Virus record (IMG/VR): IMGVR_UViG_2708742532_000007 | Coordinates: 1 to 64,000 of that record | Strand: one strand, 5' to 3' | Length of the DNA: 64,000 bases | Origin: a virus | Taxonomy: Duplodnaviria > Caudoviricetes | In this document: in pieces, positions 31,188 to 41,913 of the stretch | Layout of the letters: every line of letters starts with the position of its first letter | Numbering within the stretch: the stretch's first letter is position 1 | Notes under the pieces: generated by a model | Database searches by the model: none | What the model saw: only the letters and a program-made list of their open reading frames with translations | Told to the model about the DNA's origin: nothing | Program-made: the position numbers and the translations under genes

Positions 31188-34100
31188 TTATCGTTTTCCT
31201 TTCTCTCTTAGTAGTCTGTTTTGAATTTGTTTTGCAAGGTAGTCAATATCATTTTTAGTTCCATTGAACTTATCAATATTAATATTCACAACAGTTGATT
31301 TCTCTGTTTCTGTTGGTGTGCTAACTGAATTTACTTTTGGTGAGGCAGGGAGAGCGATTACACCATTGATAGTTCGCATTACATTATCCATAATAGAAGA
31401 AATGCGTAACATGCGTTCTGTGTCAAGAGGGTTGCTCACCAGTTCATTTTGGTGAAGTAGTGCTAATCTTCCACCTTTACCATCTGTACCACCTGTAGAA
31501 CCAAATCCTGTAGTCATACCACCAGTATCTGCACCAACAAAGTCATTGGAAGCATTGCGTCTTAAGTTATCAGCATAATTGATTAACTTGTTTTTAAGGT
31601 CGTCAAAGCTAACAACAGTTGAGTTATCCAACATGTATTGCCCAAGCTCTGCCTGTTGTTTACCTGATAACTTGCTAAGTGATTGTTCGTAGGAAACGGT
31701 AGGGGAGATAAGAGAAGTATGCATCCTTCCTGAATCAGCAATTTTTGTAGCTGTCCCATTAAGGGCATCTTTTTTGGCTTTGGTGTTAGCTAAAGGCATT
31801 AGATATTCTTTCATGTATTTTGCAAGCATAACTTGCTTATCTCCATGAGTCATAACTTTCCCTTTGCTTGCTGTTTGACCAAACTCCTTGATGTAATCTA
31901 AATACTCTTGTGTCATGAAGCCACTAGCATCAGAGTTATTTTGGAAGTAGCTACCGAGTTCACTGATTTGACTACTTGACATTGAATCAAAAATAGAGCC
32001 TAGTGATTGGTTAGCGTTGTATTTAGAACCTTCTGCTCTACCTTCTTTAGCAAGTTTATCAGCTTTGTCTTTGATGTTTTTAATTCTAACTGCATCTTTT
32101 TTAGGGTCAAGAGAGCCTGCGATTTTTTCATTCATGAACTTAGCTAAAATAACTTTCATATCAGCTTCGGTAAGTGGGTCTGTTTTACCTGCATTTTCAA
32201 CTGTTTGGTTAGCATCAGTAGAGAAGTCATGTTCGCCTGTTACATTTTTTGCTAAGTTTTGAACCTTTTCAATTTCTTCCTCAACCTTTTCTATTTCCTT
32301 TAAGAGTCTTTCCATTTCGTTGATTACATTCTCACGAATGGAAGTACCTACAGCTTCCCATGTACCATCGAATCTATCTTCAAGGTCAGGTAAACTAGCT
32401 TTAAGTTCACCAATGTATTTATTATATAGTTCTTGAACTTTTCCGTAATGACCTTGTGCCATTTCTTCTCTAAGTTCATTAAACTTAGCTTCATCGTTAA
32501 GTAAGTCTTCATAATGTTTTTCCCAATATTTTTTCTGCTTATTGAGAGAGTCTAAAACTTCCTTAGAATATTCATCCTCTTTATCTTTTAGGTCTTCAAT
32601 ATGCTCAGTTTTATCGTCAAGCATATCATCAAGCTGTTGCTCACGAAGGCCTTTCTCGTATTGATATTTTTCTTCATTAATCTGTTTTTCAATCTCTGCA
32701 ATTTGTTTTTGAAGTTCTTCTTTCTCTTTAATACCTTCATAAGTATTTACGTTAGAAAGAAGATTTAATTTGTTTTGTAGCTCTTGTTTTTGAGTGTTAA
32801 GTTCATCTAATTTATTGCCATAAGTTCTATCTCTATCAGCATCTTGAATCTCTCTACGTTTAGCATCAATGATTTTAGTATAAGCTTCAAGCTCTTTGTC
32901 ATACTGTTTCATCACTTTTTCGTGACGCTCTTCCTCAGCTTCAATTAACTTATCAATAGCACTAAGTTGAATGTCCTTAGCTTCTCTATAAGCGTCTTTT
33001 AAGGCATTTATAATATCTTCTGCAAGTTTATTACGCATTTCTTCAACTTTATCATCAACTGCTTTTGCAAAGTTATCAATAGCATCTTGAGTGTCTTTAA
33101 CAGCATTTTGGACATCAAGGTATGATAAAGCAAGTTCTTCAAGTTGCTCTTCAAGGTCTTGAAGCTTTTGTGAGCCTAAGTCCAAGCCTTGCATTTCTGC
33201 CTTCATGTCTATTTCTTTTTGCGCAATCTCTATAAGTTTCTTTTGATAAAGCTCCATATCAGATTCAAGAGTTTTTAAGTAGTCTCCTGAGCCTTCATCA
33301 AGCAATCCTCTTAATGACTGATTGTAGCTAAGTTCGAAGTCAATATCATCTATTTTAATATCATGAGAGGTAGCGACAGCTTGAACCTTTTCATAATTTA
33401 ATTGATGGAAAGCCTCATTAAGTTCAACAAGTTCTTTTTTTAGTTCACCTGCTCTAGAAGTAAGTTCCTCATACATTTCAATTGTAAGATTCCCTTTGCT
33501 TAGCATTTGGTTTATATAGTCAATTTCTTGTTTAGCAGTAGTTAATTGGCTTTTACGAGTGTTAGCCATAATTTCAAGAGTTTTTCTGTATCGTTCACTT
33601 GTGTTATCAAGCGATTGAATCTTAACTTCTTCCCATTCAAGTACCTTTTGGTGCTTTTCCATATGATAATCGAATTTAGAAAGTTTGCTTGATATTATTT
33701 CATTGTAGTAAGCTTTGATTTGATTTTGAGATTGTAACATTACCTGTTGTAGCTCGTATCTTCTATCAAGCAATTGGTCTTGTTGGTTTAAATCTAGACC
33801 TCCTGCATCATACATTTTTTGGATATATGCATATTCAGCTTGGTAGCTTTTCAACTTACGTTGTTCGGCAGTATATTGTTTATTAACGCTATCTTCATAC
33901 GCTTTTGAGTATTCAAGCATATTTTTTTGAAGTTCTGCTTGTTTTGCAATAGCATTGTCTTCCATATCTCTATTACGTTTATAAGCATCCATTTGTGACT
34001 TGATAGTGTTGAAGTTATTTTCTGATATTTTATCATTATTAGCCATGATAGCTTGTATCATAGATTGTGATTCAGAATGCACTCTTGCATAATCATCATC

Positions 34101-37100
34101 GCCTGAGCCACTACCTGCTGTAGCTCCTGAACCTGCATAAGTGTTATAAGCGTTGTTTGCATAATTAACTCTGTTGTTGTGCCCTTTGCTACCTGCTTTT
34201 TCTCCACTACGCTCATAAAGAGTATTGAAGTTTGAAGCATGTTCTGTCGCAGTTAGTGTTCTGTTTAATGAATGTAGAGCTTGTTTTTCTTTGCCTTGAA
34301 GCTCTTTCCACATGAAATCAAGCTGTGTTCCTAAATCGTTTGCACTAGTTCCTTTGCTCTTTGCGAAAGAGTTTAGTTCTGATAGTCTACTACCTCGCCA
34401 CTGTGCAATACCAAAGGCGCTACCTTGAGCGTTTTTACCTGCTGTAGAGCTAAAGCTAGATTCTTGTTGAATATTCCCCATAATCCCTGCAACAGCACTA
34501 TCGCTAAGTCCTTTAGATTTAAAGAAGTTCCAAACTGTGGCTTGAGTTGAATTTCCATTTGCCTTAGAACTACCACCTGAGGTTACACCTTGTCTAGCGC
34601 TAGCAATATATGAACTAGGATTGATAGTTTGGTTACTAGAATTTCTAATTTCATAATGAAGGTGAGAACCATCTCCACCACTACCACTTCTAACAGTTCC
34701 AGTGTTACCAATTGTACCTAGTTTAGTTCCAGCTGTAATCTGTTGACCTTTAACAACAGATACATCATTCATGTGAGCATAGTAGTGTTTATTGTTGTTA
34801 GCATCTTGAATAATAACTAAATTACCATATGACTTATCTTCACCAATCTTAGTAGCGTCACCTGCTTTTAAAACTTTACCGTTGATGTTTGACTCAAGAA
34901 CATCACCGATTTTACCATCTATATCAGTACCTCTGTGATTATCAGAACGAGTACCATATTGCGAAGTAATTTGTCCTGACCAACCTTTCGGTCTAACTGT
35001 ACCACCTGTGCCTGAGACAGTTGTTGAACTTGAATTAGTTACTCCATTGAGGTCTTTTAGTTTTTGATTATATATGTCGTTTTGCTGTTGAAGTAATTTG
35101 TTTTCATCTGCAAGAGCTTGTCTATACTGTTTAGAGTAAGTAGGGTATTTCTTTTGTCTACTTTCAACCTCTTTTAAAGAAGTGTTAAGCTTATCAAGTG
35201 TTAAAGTATACTTATTAGTAATTTTCTCTAATTCTGATAGCTCTTTTTTTGCATCTTTTGTTGATTCACTGGCTTTATCACTAGATTTAGAGTAATTATC
35301 TGTTGATTCACTGGCTTTATCACTAGATTTAGAGTATTTATCATTAGAGGTACTTAAAGAATTGATTCCTGTGTTCAATTTTGCTAATTCTTGATCTAGT
35401 TTAGCTTTTGTTGTATCATATCTAGATTGGTATGCTATTGCAGTAGCCTTCATAGCCAATCCTGCAACACCGCTAAAACCAGACATAAGCAATGCATTTT
35501 TTTCATGGAAGTTTTTGGCTTTTTCTAATGCCTCTAGCTCTACTTGAAGATTTTCAACACGAGCTTTTGCACCAACGGCAGAATAGTAAGTTTGCTCTTC
35601 TTCTGAGTTGTACTTACCATCTGTTAAGTTTTTGTAAGATTCAGTAAGAATCTTATTCATCTTATTCTCAGCCTCTATGCTTTCAATTCTAATCTCACCA
35701 TTTTTAACAAGGTGAGGGTAGAGAGCCTTTAGCTTTTTCATAGCGTCTTCTAGTTTAGCCTGTTCATCTGTTGTTTTATTAGTTACGCTCGAAAGGTATT
35801 TATAAATACCTGTCAACTCGTTTGTCTCTGATATTTGTTTACCAGTGACACCTAGCATTTCCTCTCCTAGAGAGCTGAAACTTTTGATTTTCTGTGCGTA
35901 CTCCACCAAAGGGTCTATAACATCGGCAAGACCTTCTGCGCCTTCGTTATGAGTTTTGAAATATTCCTCAGCTTCTTTGCGCCCTTTACCTTGAGTTTCC
36001 ATGATTTCTTTAATTGCTTTTTCTTCGTTAAGTTTAGATTCTATGAAATTATCAAGAGTATTTTCATATGTTTCATAAAGAGCAGTACCTTCTTTAATAC
36101 CTGAGTCTTTTAGTGCTTTTAGGATACTTCCCTTTATAGTATTAAATGATTCACCATACTTTTTCTCAAATTCATCAACATCAGTAATACCACTTTTTTT
36201 CATTTCAGAAATAGTATCCGCTAATTCAGTAAAGTTTTTCTCAATATCAGCGTCTTTTTTACCTAACGCCATTGTTATAGCTTCATTGAAATCATCTAAA
36301 TCAGACTCAGTTTCAGCTAAGTTGATAACACTGTTAGCAACATCTTCAAATACTTCTTGACCTTCTGTAGAGAAGTCTCCCGTCAATTTAATGGTATCTT
36401 CTAGGTCTTTTGTATATCCTGTTTTTAAGACATTTAAACCTGACATAACATCTTTTTGACTTTGTAAAAGCTCAAAGTAGATTTGCTCTAAATGTTTTTG
36501 AGAAGACTCTAAGTCAAAAATAGCACCTTCACCAAGGTTTAACTCAGTCTTTTTAGCTAAAGCTTCTTTTACTCTTTCAATTGCAAGTGCTACATCATCA
36601 ATACTTTTTAAAGAGTTGCCACTCCATAGGTCTTCATTGATACCTATACCCTTAGTAAGTTTATCTTTAAGTTCATCGTAGTTATGACTTACAAGTTCCA
36701 TTTTATGAACATAGGCATATGCACTTTCTAGATTAAGCTCTGTGTCTCTATTTGCACCTTTAATAGTGTCTCTGGCTGTCTCTTCTGCTTCTTCTTGCTC
36801 TTTTTTTCCCTTTTCAGCATTAAGTAGTTTTTGAACCTCAAGCTCTTGTTTTAGAATGTCAACTTTAGTTTCTGCTTGCATAGAAGAAACTAGAATTTTA
36901 TTACCATATTCATCTTCACCTTTAACTAAGTTAGGAAGTAGTTTACCTAGTTCATTTTGAGTATCAAGTAATTCTTTATACTTTTGAGAATCTAGTTGTT
37001 GTCCTTTGCTTTCTGCTGAAAGTGTACTATATTTAGATAATAAGCTATCAATAGCTTTTTCATTGTCTGCAAATGACTTTACCTCTTGCTCATTTTTAGC

Positions 37101-38222
37101 GATAAGTTCTTCCTTAGCTTTTTGAGCTTCTTCATACCTAGCAGTAACAAATTGAATAGCAGCGCCTGCTATCGAACCAACAACACCAACAGCCCCTAAG
37201 GCATTAGATAACATATTAGCACCTTTGGAAAATTTAGATGTGCTATTCGATGCTGCATCCGATGCTTCTGCAATTGAAGAAATTGTTTGGCCAAACTCTA
37301 TAGCTTTAGCTGAATAGTCTGAGACTTGCTTTCCAAGACTGGTATCTTCAGACGTATTTTTTTTCAAGTCAGTCATTTTAGTATTAATATCTATAAGAAT
37401 AGAGCGGAGTTCTTTAAGTGCTCCAATAGTTTCATTAAAGTCAGTAGGAGGTGAGGGTATTTCTTTTACATGAGAAGGTGCTTCTTTAACAGTAGCTTGT
37501 ACTGTTTCTGAGCTAACGACAGGTGTAACATTTGCGACAACATCAATTTTGAACTTCGGTAAAGACATTTTATTAATCTGTTCTGAAATGCGTAGCTTCG
37601 TTTTTTCAACATCAAGCTCCATAACAGTTTTAAGACCTTGTAGTTCTTTCGTTTCAACAGTGTCTTTAATATGATTAAATGCGCCTTTAGCAAGTTCTAG
37701 TTTTACTTTTGCCTTAGCGAAAATAATTTTTTCTAGGCTTTTATTAATGTTTTCGACACTAGCCTTTTTTTCTAAAATAAGCTCAATTGGTTTTTGGTTT
37801 ACTTTAACAGTCTCTATAAATTCGTTAATATTTGCTTTAGATTGTTGATAGTTCACACCAAAAGAAATCTGAAGTGGTTGTACCTCAATTTTCTTTAAAG
37901 CACTCTTGACTGTAGTTTGTGTTGCTTGTTCATTAACATAGAAAATCAAAGATTTCTTAGCTTGTTTTTGGTTGTTTAGGAAAGTTTGAATGTTTGCTTT
38001 ACTTTGTCCAACTGCAACATCAAAACTAAGGTTAATGTTTTTATTTTTATGCTTGTCTAAAAATGTTTTGATGTTTTTATTAGATGCACCAACATTTACA
38101 CCAAAAGTTAGTTTTTTATCTTTCATTTCTTTAGATAAGAATGTATCAATCCTTTTTTTGGATTTATCTTTATCAATATCTAACGAAACCAAAAACTTTA
38201 CTTCGTTATTTGTAATACTCAA
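31188..38222 (-). CDS. Tape measure protein with M23 peptidase and phage tail lysozyme domains (CwlP/YomI-like)
   Basis: ~2345 aa, mostly coiled coil; HRGTDID..YAHM..HLHYE (M23); AGIMGNIQQES..FGIAQW (tail lysozyme); TTG start at 38222 behind AAGGAG. Confidence 0.9.
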   Translation of the reverse strand: MSITNNEVKFLVSLDIDKDKSKKRIDTFLSKEMKDKKLTFGVNVGASNKNIKTFLDKHKNKNINLSFDVAVGQSKANIQTFLNNQKQAKKSLIFYVNEQATQTTVKSALKKIEVQPLQISFGVNYQQSKANINEFIETVKVNQKPIELILEKKASVENINKSLEKIIFAKAKVKLELAKGAFNHIKDTVETKELQGLKTVMELDVEKTKLRISEQINKMSLPKFKIDVVANVTPVVSSETVQATVKEAPSHVKEIPSPPTDFNETIGALKELRSILIDINTKMTDLKKNTSEDTSLGKQVSDYSAKAIEFGQTISSIAEASDAASNSTSKFSKGANMLSNALGAVGVVGSIAGAAIQFVTARYEEAQKAKEELIAKNEQEVKSFADNEKAIDSLLSKYSTLSAESKGQQLDSQKYKELLDTQNELGKLLPNLVKGEDEYGNKILVSSMQAETKVDILKQELEVQKLLNAEKGKKEQEEAEETARDTIKGANRDTELNLESAYAYVHKMELVSHNYDELKDKLTKGIGINEDLWSGNSLKSIDDVALAIERVKEALAKKTELNLGEGAIFDLESSQKHLEQIYFELLQSQKDVMSGLNVLKTGYTKDLEDTIKLTGDFSTEGQEVFEDVANSVINLAETESDLDDFNEAITMALGKKDADIEKNFTELADTISEMKKSGITDVDEFEKKYGESFNTIKGSILKALKDSGIKEGTALYETYENTLDNFIESKLNEEKAIKEIMETQGKGRKEAEEYFKTHNEGAEGLADVIDPLVEYAQKIKSFSSLGEEMLGVTGKQISETNELTGIYKYLSSVTNKTTDEQAKLEDAMKKLKALYPHLVKNGEIRIESIEAENKMNKILTESYKNLTDGKYNSEEEQTYYSAVGAKARVENLQVELEALEKAKNFHEKNALLMSGFSGVAGLAMKATAIAYQSRYDTTKAKLDQELAKLNTGINSLSTSNDKYSKSSDKASESTDNYSKSSDKASESTKDAKKELSELEKITNKYTLTLDKLNTSLKEVESRQKKYPTYSKQYRQALADENKLLQQQNDIYNQKLKDLNGVTNSSSTTVSGTGGTVRPKGWSGQITSQYGTRSDNHRGTDIDGKIGDVLESNINGKVLKAGDATKIGEDKSYGNLVIIQDANNNKHYYAHMNDVSVVKGQQITAGTKLGTIGNTGTVRSGSGGDGSHLHYEIRNSSNQTINPSSYIASARQGVTSGGSSKANGNSTQATVWNFFKSKGLSDSAVAGIMGNIQQESSFSSTAGKNAQGSAFGIAQWRGSRLSELNSFAKSKGTSANDLGTQLDFMWKELQGKEKQALHSLNRTLTATEHASNFNTLYERSGEKAGSKGHNNRVNYANNAYNTYAGSGATAGSGSGDDDYARVHSESQSMIQAIMANNDKISENNFNTIKSQMDAYKRNRDMEDNAIAKQAELQKNMLEYSKAYEDSVNKQYTAEQRKLKSYQAEYAYIQKMYDAGGLDLNQQDQLLDRRYELQQVMLQSQNQIKAYYNEIISSKLSKFDYHMEKHQKVLEWEEVKIQSLDNTSERYRKTLEIMANTRKSQLTTAKQEIDYINQMLSKGNLTIEMYEELTSRAGELKKELVELNEAFHQLNYEKVQAVATSHDIKIDDIDFELSYNQSLRGLLDEGSGDYLKTLESDMELYQKKLIEIAQKEIDMKAEMQGLDLGSQKLQDLEEQLEELALSYLDVQNAVKDTQDAIDNFAKAVDDKVEEMRNKLAEDIINALKDAYREAKDIQLSAIDKLIEAEEERHEKVMKQYDKELEAYTKIIDAKRREIQDADRDRTYGNKLDELNTQKQELQNKLNLLSNVNTYEGIKEKEELQKQIAEIEKQINEEKYQYEKGLREQQLDDMLDDKTEHIEDLKDKEDEYSKEVLDSLNKQKKYWEKHYEDLLNDEAKFNELREEMAQGHYGKVQELYNKYIGELKASLPDLEDRFDGTWEAVGTSIRENVINEMERLLKEIEKVEEEIEKVQNLAKNVTGEHDFSTDANQTVENAGKTDPLTEADMKVILAKFMNEKIAGSLDPKKDAVRIKNIKDKADKLAKEGRAEGSKYNANQSLGSIFDSMSSSQISELGSYFQNNSDASGFMTQEYLDYIKEFGQTASKGKVMTHGDKQVMLAKYMKEYLMPLANTKAKKDALNGTATKIADSGRMHTSLISPTVSYEQSLSKLSGKQQAELGQYMLDNSTVVSFDDLKNKLINYADNLRRNASNDFVGADTGGMTTGFGSTGGTDGKGGRLALLHQNELVSNPLDTERMLRISSIMDNVMRTINGVIALPASPKVNSVSTPTETEKSTVVNINIDKFNGTKNDIDYLAKQIQNRLLREKGKR
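35259..35336. repeat. Tandem duplication in the tape measure gene (36-bp unit, 42-bp period)
   Basis: TGTTGATTCACTGGCTTTATCACTAGATTTAGAGTA at 35259 and 35301 (YSKSSDKASEST twice). Confidence 0.9.
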
Positions 38223-38328
38223 AATGTTTAGCTCCTTCTTTATTCGTCGTTGTGCAACTATTTTGTTGCAGTCTAAAACCCTCAAGTAAACCCCTAACCG
38301 AAATAGGGTAGGGATGTAATTCAAAGTA

Positions 38329-39288
38329 TTAGAAAATATCATCTAGTTCATCTGAATCATCTTTTATAACATAGATAGATGTTGTTTCAGTAGAGATGTG
38401 ATTTAAAAGCACCTTAGCTTTATTAATGTCTTTTCCTTCTTCAACTACTAAGTGTGTCGCTCTTGAGCGTCTAAGTGCGTGGGGTGTTAGTTTATATCCT
38501 AAGATATAATTGAACTTATTAGTAAACCACGCATTGAAAGCGTCAGGACTAAGTTCTTTTGTTTCACCATTCTTAAACTTACGAACGAAAACATATGGGT
38601 TATCGTCTTCACCACGAATTTCAAGCCATTTTAAAATAGCTTGTCTAGCTTCTTCGCTATACATCAGTTTGATCGGTTTACCAACCTTACCTTTACCTTT
38701 ACCACGAACATGAGGTGTTGCGTAGAAGTCTTTGTTCTTTACCTTAGGCATATCAAAGAACTCTTTTTTCATCTGAGCAATTTCTGCTCTACGTGCGCCT
38801 GTGCTGTAGCTTAATAAGAAGTAAGCAATCATTTGATACTCACCTTCTTTTTCAAGCTCTGCAATAAGCCTGTCAATATCTTCTTTCGCTACAATATTCT
38901 TTTCTCTCACAAGCTGTTTAGGAGGGGAGGGAATAGCCTTGTTGAAGATATTTCTAAATTCAGGGTAGTCTTCGCCATAGTAAAGTTCAATATAGTTACA
39001 AAGTGAACTTACTGCTGAGCGTTTGAACTTAACAGCATTAGAAGATAACTCTAATGACATCAAGTGATTCTGATAATCTAAAGCGTGTCTTGCTTTTAAT
39101 TTGTGGATAGGGCTGTTGTCAAATTCATCTTTAACATATCTCACAAAGATTTTTAATGCGCTTGTATATTGTTTAAGTGTTTTATCTGATAGATGTTGTT
39201 GTTTCAAGAACTTATTAACAATCTTTCTATTCCACTCATTACATTCAAGCCATTCTTCATTAGTTACAGGAGGTATTTTAATTGCCAT
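38329..39288 (-). CDS. Tyrosine recombinase, XerC/D-like (YomM-like position)
   Basis: TGARRAEI, HALRRSRAT, LLNHISTETTSIY: catalytic R, H-x-x-R, H and Y all present. Confidence 0.92.
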   Translation of the reverse strand: MAIKIPPVTNEEWLECNEWNRKIVNKFLKQQHLSDKTLKQYTSALKIFVRYVKDEFDNSPIHKLKARHALDYQNHLMSLELSSNAVKFKRSAVSSLCNYIELYYGEDYPEFRNIFNKAIPSPPKQLVREKNIVAKEDIDRLIAELEKEGEYQMIAYFLLSYSTGARRAEIAQMKKEFFDMPKVKNKDFYATPHVRGKGKGKVGKPIKLMYSEEARQAILKWLEIRGEDDNPYVFVRKFKNGETKELSPDAFNAWFTNKFNYILGYKLTPHALRRSRATHLVVEEGKDINKAKVLLNHISTETTSIYVIKDDSDELDDIF

Positions 39289-39301
39289 TTTCTCACCTCC
39301 T

Positions 39302-39760
39302 TCAATTGTTGATACCTTGCTCTAAAGCTTTTTTAAGGTGTTTGTTATAAGTAGTTTTATCTAGCTTTTCTGCTGTTGCTTTTGCAAATGGTCTAGGTTC
39401 AGCCCATTTTTCATCAGGGTTATACCAACCATTCTCAGAATTGCTAGAGGTGTGCTGTACATCACTACCATTTTCAATTAGCTCTGAAAAAAAATAGCCA
39501 TCCATTGAATCACTAGTGAGGTTTTCAAAGTCAGAAGCGAAGGTATTTCCATTAAGCTTATGTTTTGTAAATACCATATTTCTAGCGTCAGAAAGACTGC
39601 CAGCATCATAACTACGCTCATAATAGTCATAGACTTCTGTGTAAACAGAATCTACCATTGCGTGTCTAAACACGTTTAGAACTTGTGGGCTTTTAATGGT
39701 GTCTTTCACTTTACCTTGAACATATTTTTCTAAATCCTTGATATTACTGAATGTAGGCAA
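39302..39760 (-). CDS. Tail completion protein, HK97 gp10-like
   Basis: VYDYYER..PRPFAKATAEKL motif and position. Confidence 0.6.
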   Translation of the reverse strand: MPTFSNIKDLEKYVQGKVKDTIKSPQVLNVFRHAMVDSVYTEVYDYYERSYDAGSLSDARNMVFTKHKLNGNTFASDFENLTSDSMDGYFFSELIENGSDVQHTSSNSENGWYNPDEKWAEPRPFAKATAEKLDKTTYNKHLKKALEQGINN

Positions 39761-39775
39761 TTACATCACCCTAAC

Positions 39776-40258
39776 TTATTTAAAGTCTCCTTTTGTTTCT
39801 AATGCTTCATTAATTGCTTCTTGAGCCAATACAGCTTTTTCAGCAACCTTGTTTACACGTTCGATTACTTCTCCAACTTGATTTTGGTCAAAAATTTCAT
39901 CGAAGAATAGGTCAAATAAACCAATCTTCATTAATGCTTCCATTGCCATAATCTTTTCTTCGAACGTGTCACCGATTTCATTTTTAAAGTGAGAGAAGTA
40001 TTTAATAATAAGCAATAGCTCATATTTAATTAGTTGTTCTTCACTTTCAAAGAAACTGTATTCTTTTTCGATTGCGTACTGCATATCGTTGAATAGCTCA
40101 AGAGTTAGCTTCTCAACTTGAGTGCGGTCAAAGTATTCGTTATACTTAACTGTTTTTTTAGTCTCAGGGTCAACTACGAACGTAGACATTACATCTACTT
40201 TCTTAGATTCTGCTAGAATATCTTTTAATTTAATTGGTGACTGTCTTTTTGCTGTCAT
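39776..40258 (-). CDS. Probable tail assembly chaperone
   Basis: Acidic helical protein directly after the major tail gene; strong AAAGGAG RBS. Confidence 0.6.
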   Translation of the reverse strand: MTAKRQSPIKLKDILAESKKVDVMSTFVVDPETKKTVKYNEYFDRTQVEKLTLELFNDMQYAIEKEYSFFESEEQLIKYELLLIIKYFSHFKNEIGDTFEEKIMAMEALMKIGLFDLFFDEIFDQNQVGEVIERVNKVAEKAVLAQEAINEALETKGDFK

Positions 40259-40295
40259 GGTAAAATCTCCTTTTTATCGGTTAATAGTTTAGAAA

Positions 40296-40325
40296 TAAAA
40301 AGGGGAGAGGTTGACCTCTCGCCCT
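40296..40325 (-). terminator. Rho-independent terminator after the major tail gene
   Basis: Minus strand AGGGCGAGAGGTCAACCTCTCCCCT followed by TTTT. Confidence 0.75.
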
Positions 40326-40352
40326 GGTTTTTATAACATATTATTATTTTTC

Positions 40353-41120
40353 TTATTTACGTGGTTTAAGCAGGATTGAACCCATTTCATCAGCACCCTT
40401 AGGGTTAATTACTGCGAAATTGATTTCAGGTGTGTAAACATTGCCGTTCTCTAATGAAATGTCAAACTCACCACTAGGGATTGTTTCAGGGAAATCAAAT
40501 AGAATATCTGCTTTTACTTTTGCAGTGTCTAAGTCATAAGCAATTGTTTTCATTTCTACTCTGTATTTTCCTGCGAACTTAGTAGAATCAATAGAAATCC
40601 TTTGACCTTCTACTTCCTCTTGATAGAATACATGTAACTCTTGTCCTGCTTTGAAAGTGCCTTTAGCTCCTGCTAATTCAACAGCTTTCTTAGTTTTGTC
40701 TGTTAAAGAAACAACAACATTTAAAGTCTCTTGCGTACCATCAGGTAGTTCAACTTGTGCTTTAGTTCCTACGATAGCACCATCAGGTAATACGATTTCG
40801 TTTGTAGAAGTGGCGCTGTCTACAACAACAATACCTTTAGTATTTGCTGTGAATTGACCTTTACCGTTTTCTTCTACAGCTACACCTTGAGTCATTGCCC
40901 AATACTCAATATCAGCTACTGCTGAACGCATTGCTAAATCAATTGCTTTGTCAGTACGAATTTTGTAAAGTTTTTTGTTACCGATACCGCCTTTAAGGTC
41001 TTCTTCTGAGATAGAGCCTTTGATACCTGCTAACTGCGCTTCCGCGTTTAGTACCACTTTACCTGTTTCTAGGTCAGTGATTGTTACATCTGCTGTGTCT
41101 TGAATTACGATTTTACCCAT
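40353..41120 (-). CDS. Major tail tube protein (SPbeta YomU-like)
   Basis: VIQDTADV..AEAQ..ISEEDLKGGIGNK..AMTQG..PSGEFDISLENG; followed by a terminator. Confidence 0.78.
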   Translation of the reverse strand: MGKIVIQDTADVTITDLETGKVVLNAEAQLAGIKGSISEEDLKGGIGNKKLYKIRTDKAIDLAMRSAVADIEYWAMTQGVAVEENGKGQFTANTKGIVVVDSATSTNEIVLPDGAIVGTKAQVELPDGTQETLNVVVSLTDKTKKAVELAGAKGTFKAGQELHVFYQEEVEGQRISIDSTKFAGKYRVEMKTIAYDLDTAKVKADILFDFPETIPSGEFDISLENGNVYTPEINFAVINPKGADEMGSILLKPRK

Positions 41121-41157
41121 TGAGTAAATTCCTCCATTTATTTATATTGTGTATGAG

Positions 41158-41913
41158 CTACATTTGAAGTAGCCCACCAAATTTCTTGTCAAATTCATTC
41201 TTAGATATTACATCATCTTCTAATTTGAATAAGTCAATATGCTTATTCCAAGATTCAATGTTTACCTTCTCTGCAACTGTGGCAAATAGGGTAGATGTCT
41301 GATAGTTATAGATAGCTCCAACACGAGCATAAATAGCGTAAACTTGAAAAATGTTCATTCTACATACATCATCAAAACTGTTACTTGTACTTGCGACAAT
41401 AGAAGTAACAATATCAACAAATGTCTGCTCCTGTGAGGATTGTTGTTTAAATCTTCTAGAGCGTTCAATAGCTCTTTGAATTTCTTCGTTAGGAGAAACC
41501 TTGTCTTCTGTGATTACATTCATATCCATAATTAATCTTCTGACAAAGTGAAAACTCTCACTAGATTCAAAGATTATTTCGTATTGTATTTCTTCATTTC
41601 CATCAAACACTAATTGAAAAATCTTCAAATAAGCATTTAACAACTGTCGTGTACTAAGAACAATCTCTAATAGGTCTGCTTCCTTGATTTCCGTTAAGGC
41701 TTTTAGACTTGATTCATCTGCCATAGCTTCTTTTAGTTGATTTCTATAGTTGTAGTAGATGTGTAGAGAGTTTTGAGCGATAAGATTTATCTCAGCAGCA
41801 TGACTAAGATATTCTCGATAGGTTAAAAATCTGATAGAACCAAATTTCGTATCTACTGTTTCACCGAAAATAAATAAATTCTTATCGTAGTCTAGATTTT
41901 CAATGTGGTGCAT
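41158..41913 (-). CDS. SPbeta YomV-like tail-region protein
   Basis: Synteny; STLFATVAEKVNIESWNKHIDL motif. Confidence 0.6.
   Translation of the reverse strand: MHHIENLDYDKNLFIFGETVDTKFGSIRFLTYREYLSHAAEINLIAQNSLHIYYNYRNQLKEAMADESSLKALTEIKEADLLEIVLSTRQLLNAYLKIFQLVFDGNEEIQYEIIFESSESFHFVRRLIMDMNVITEDKVSPNEEIQRAIERSRRFKQQSSQEQTFVDIVTSIVASTSNSFDDVCRMNIFQVYAIYARVGAIYNYQTSTLFATVAEKVNIESWNKHIDLFKLEDDVISKNEFDKKFGGLLQM

Noticed and set aside
38223-38342. ORF-track N-terminal extension of the tape measure protein
   Set aside because: Overlaps the recombinase stop and has no RBS; the AAGGAG-TTG start at 38222 is more plausible.
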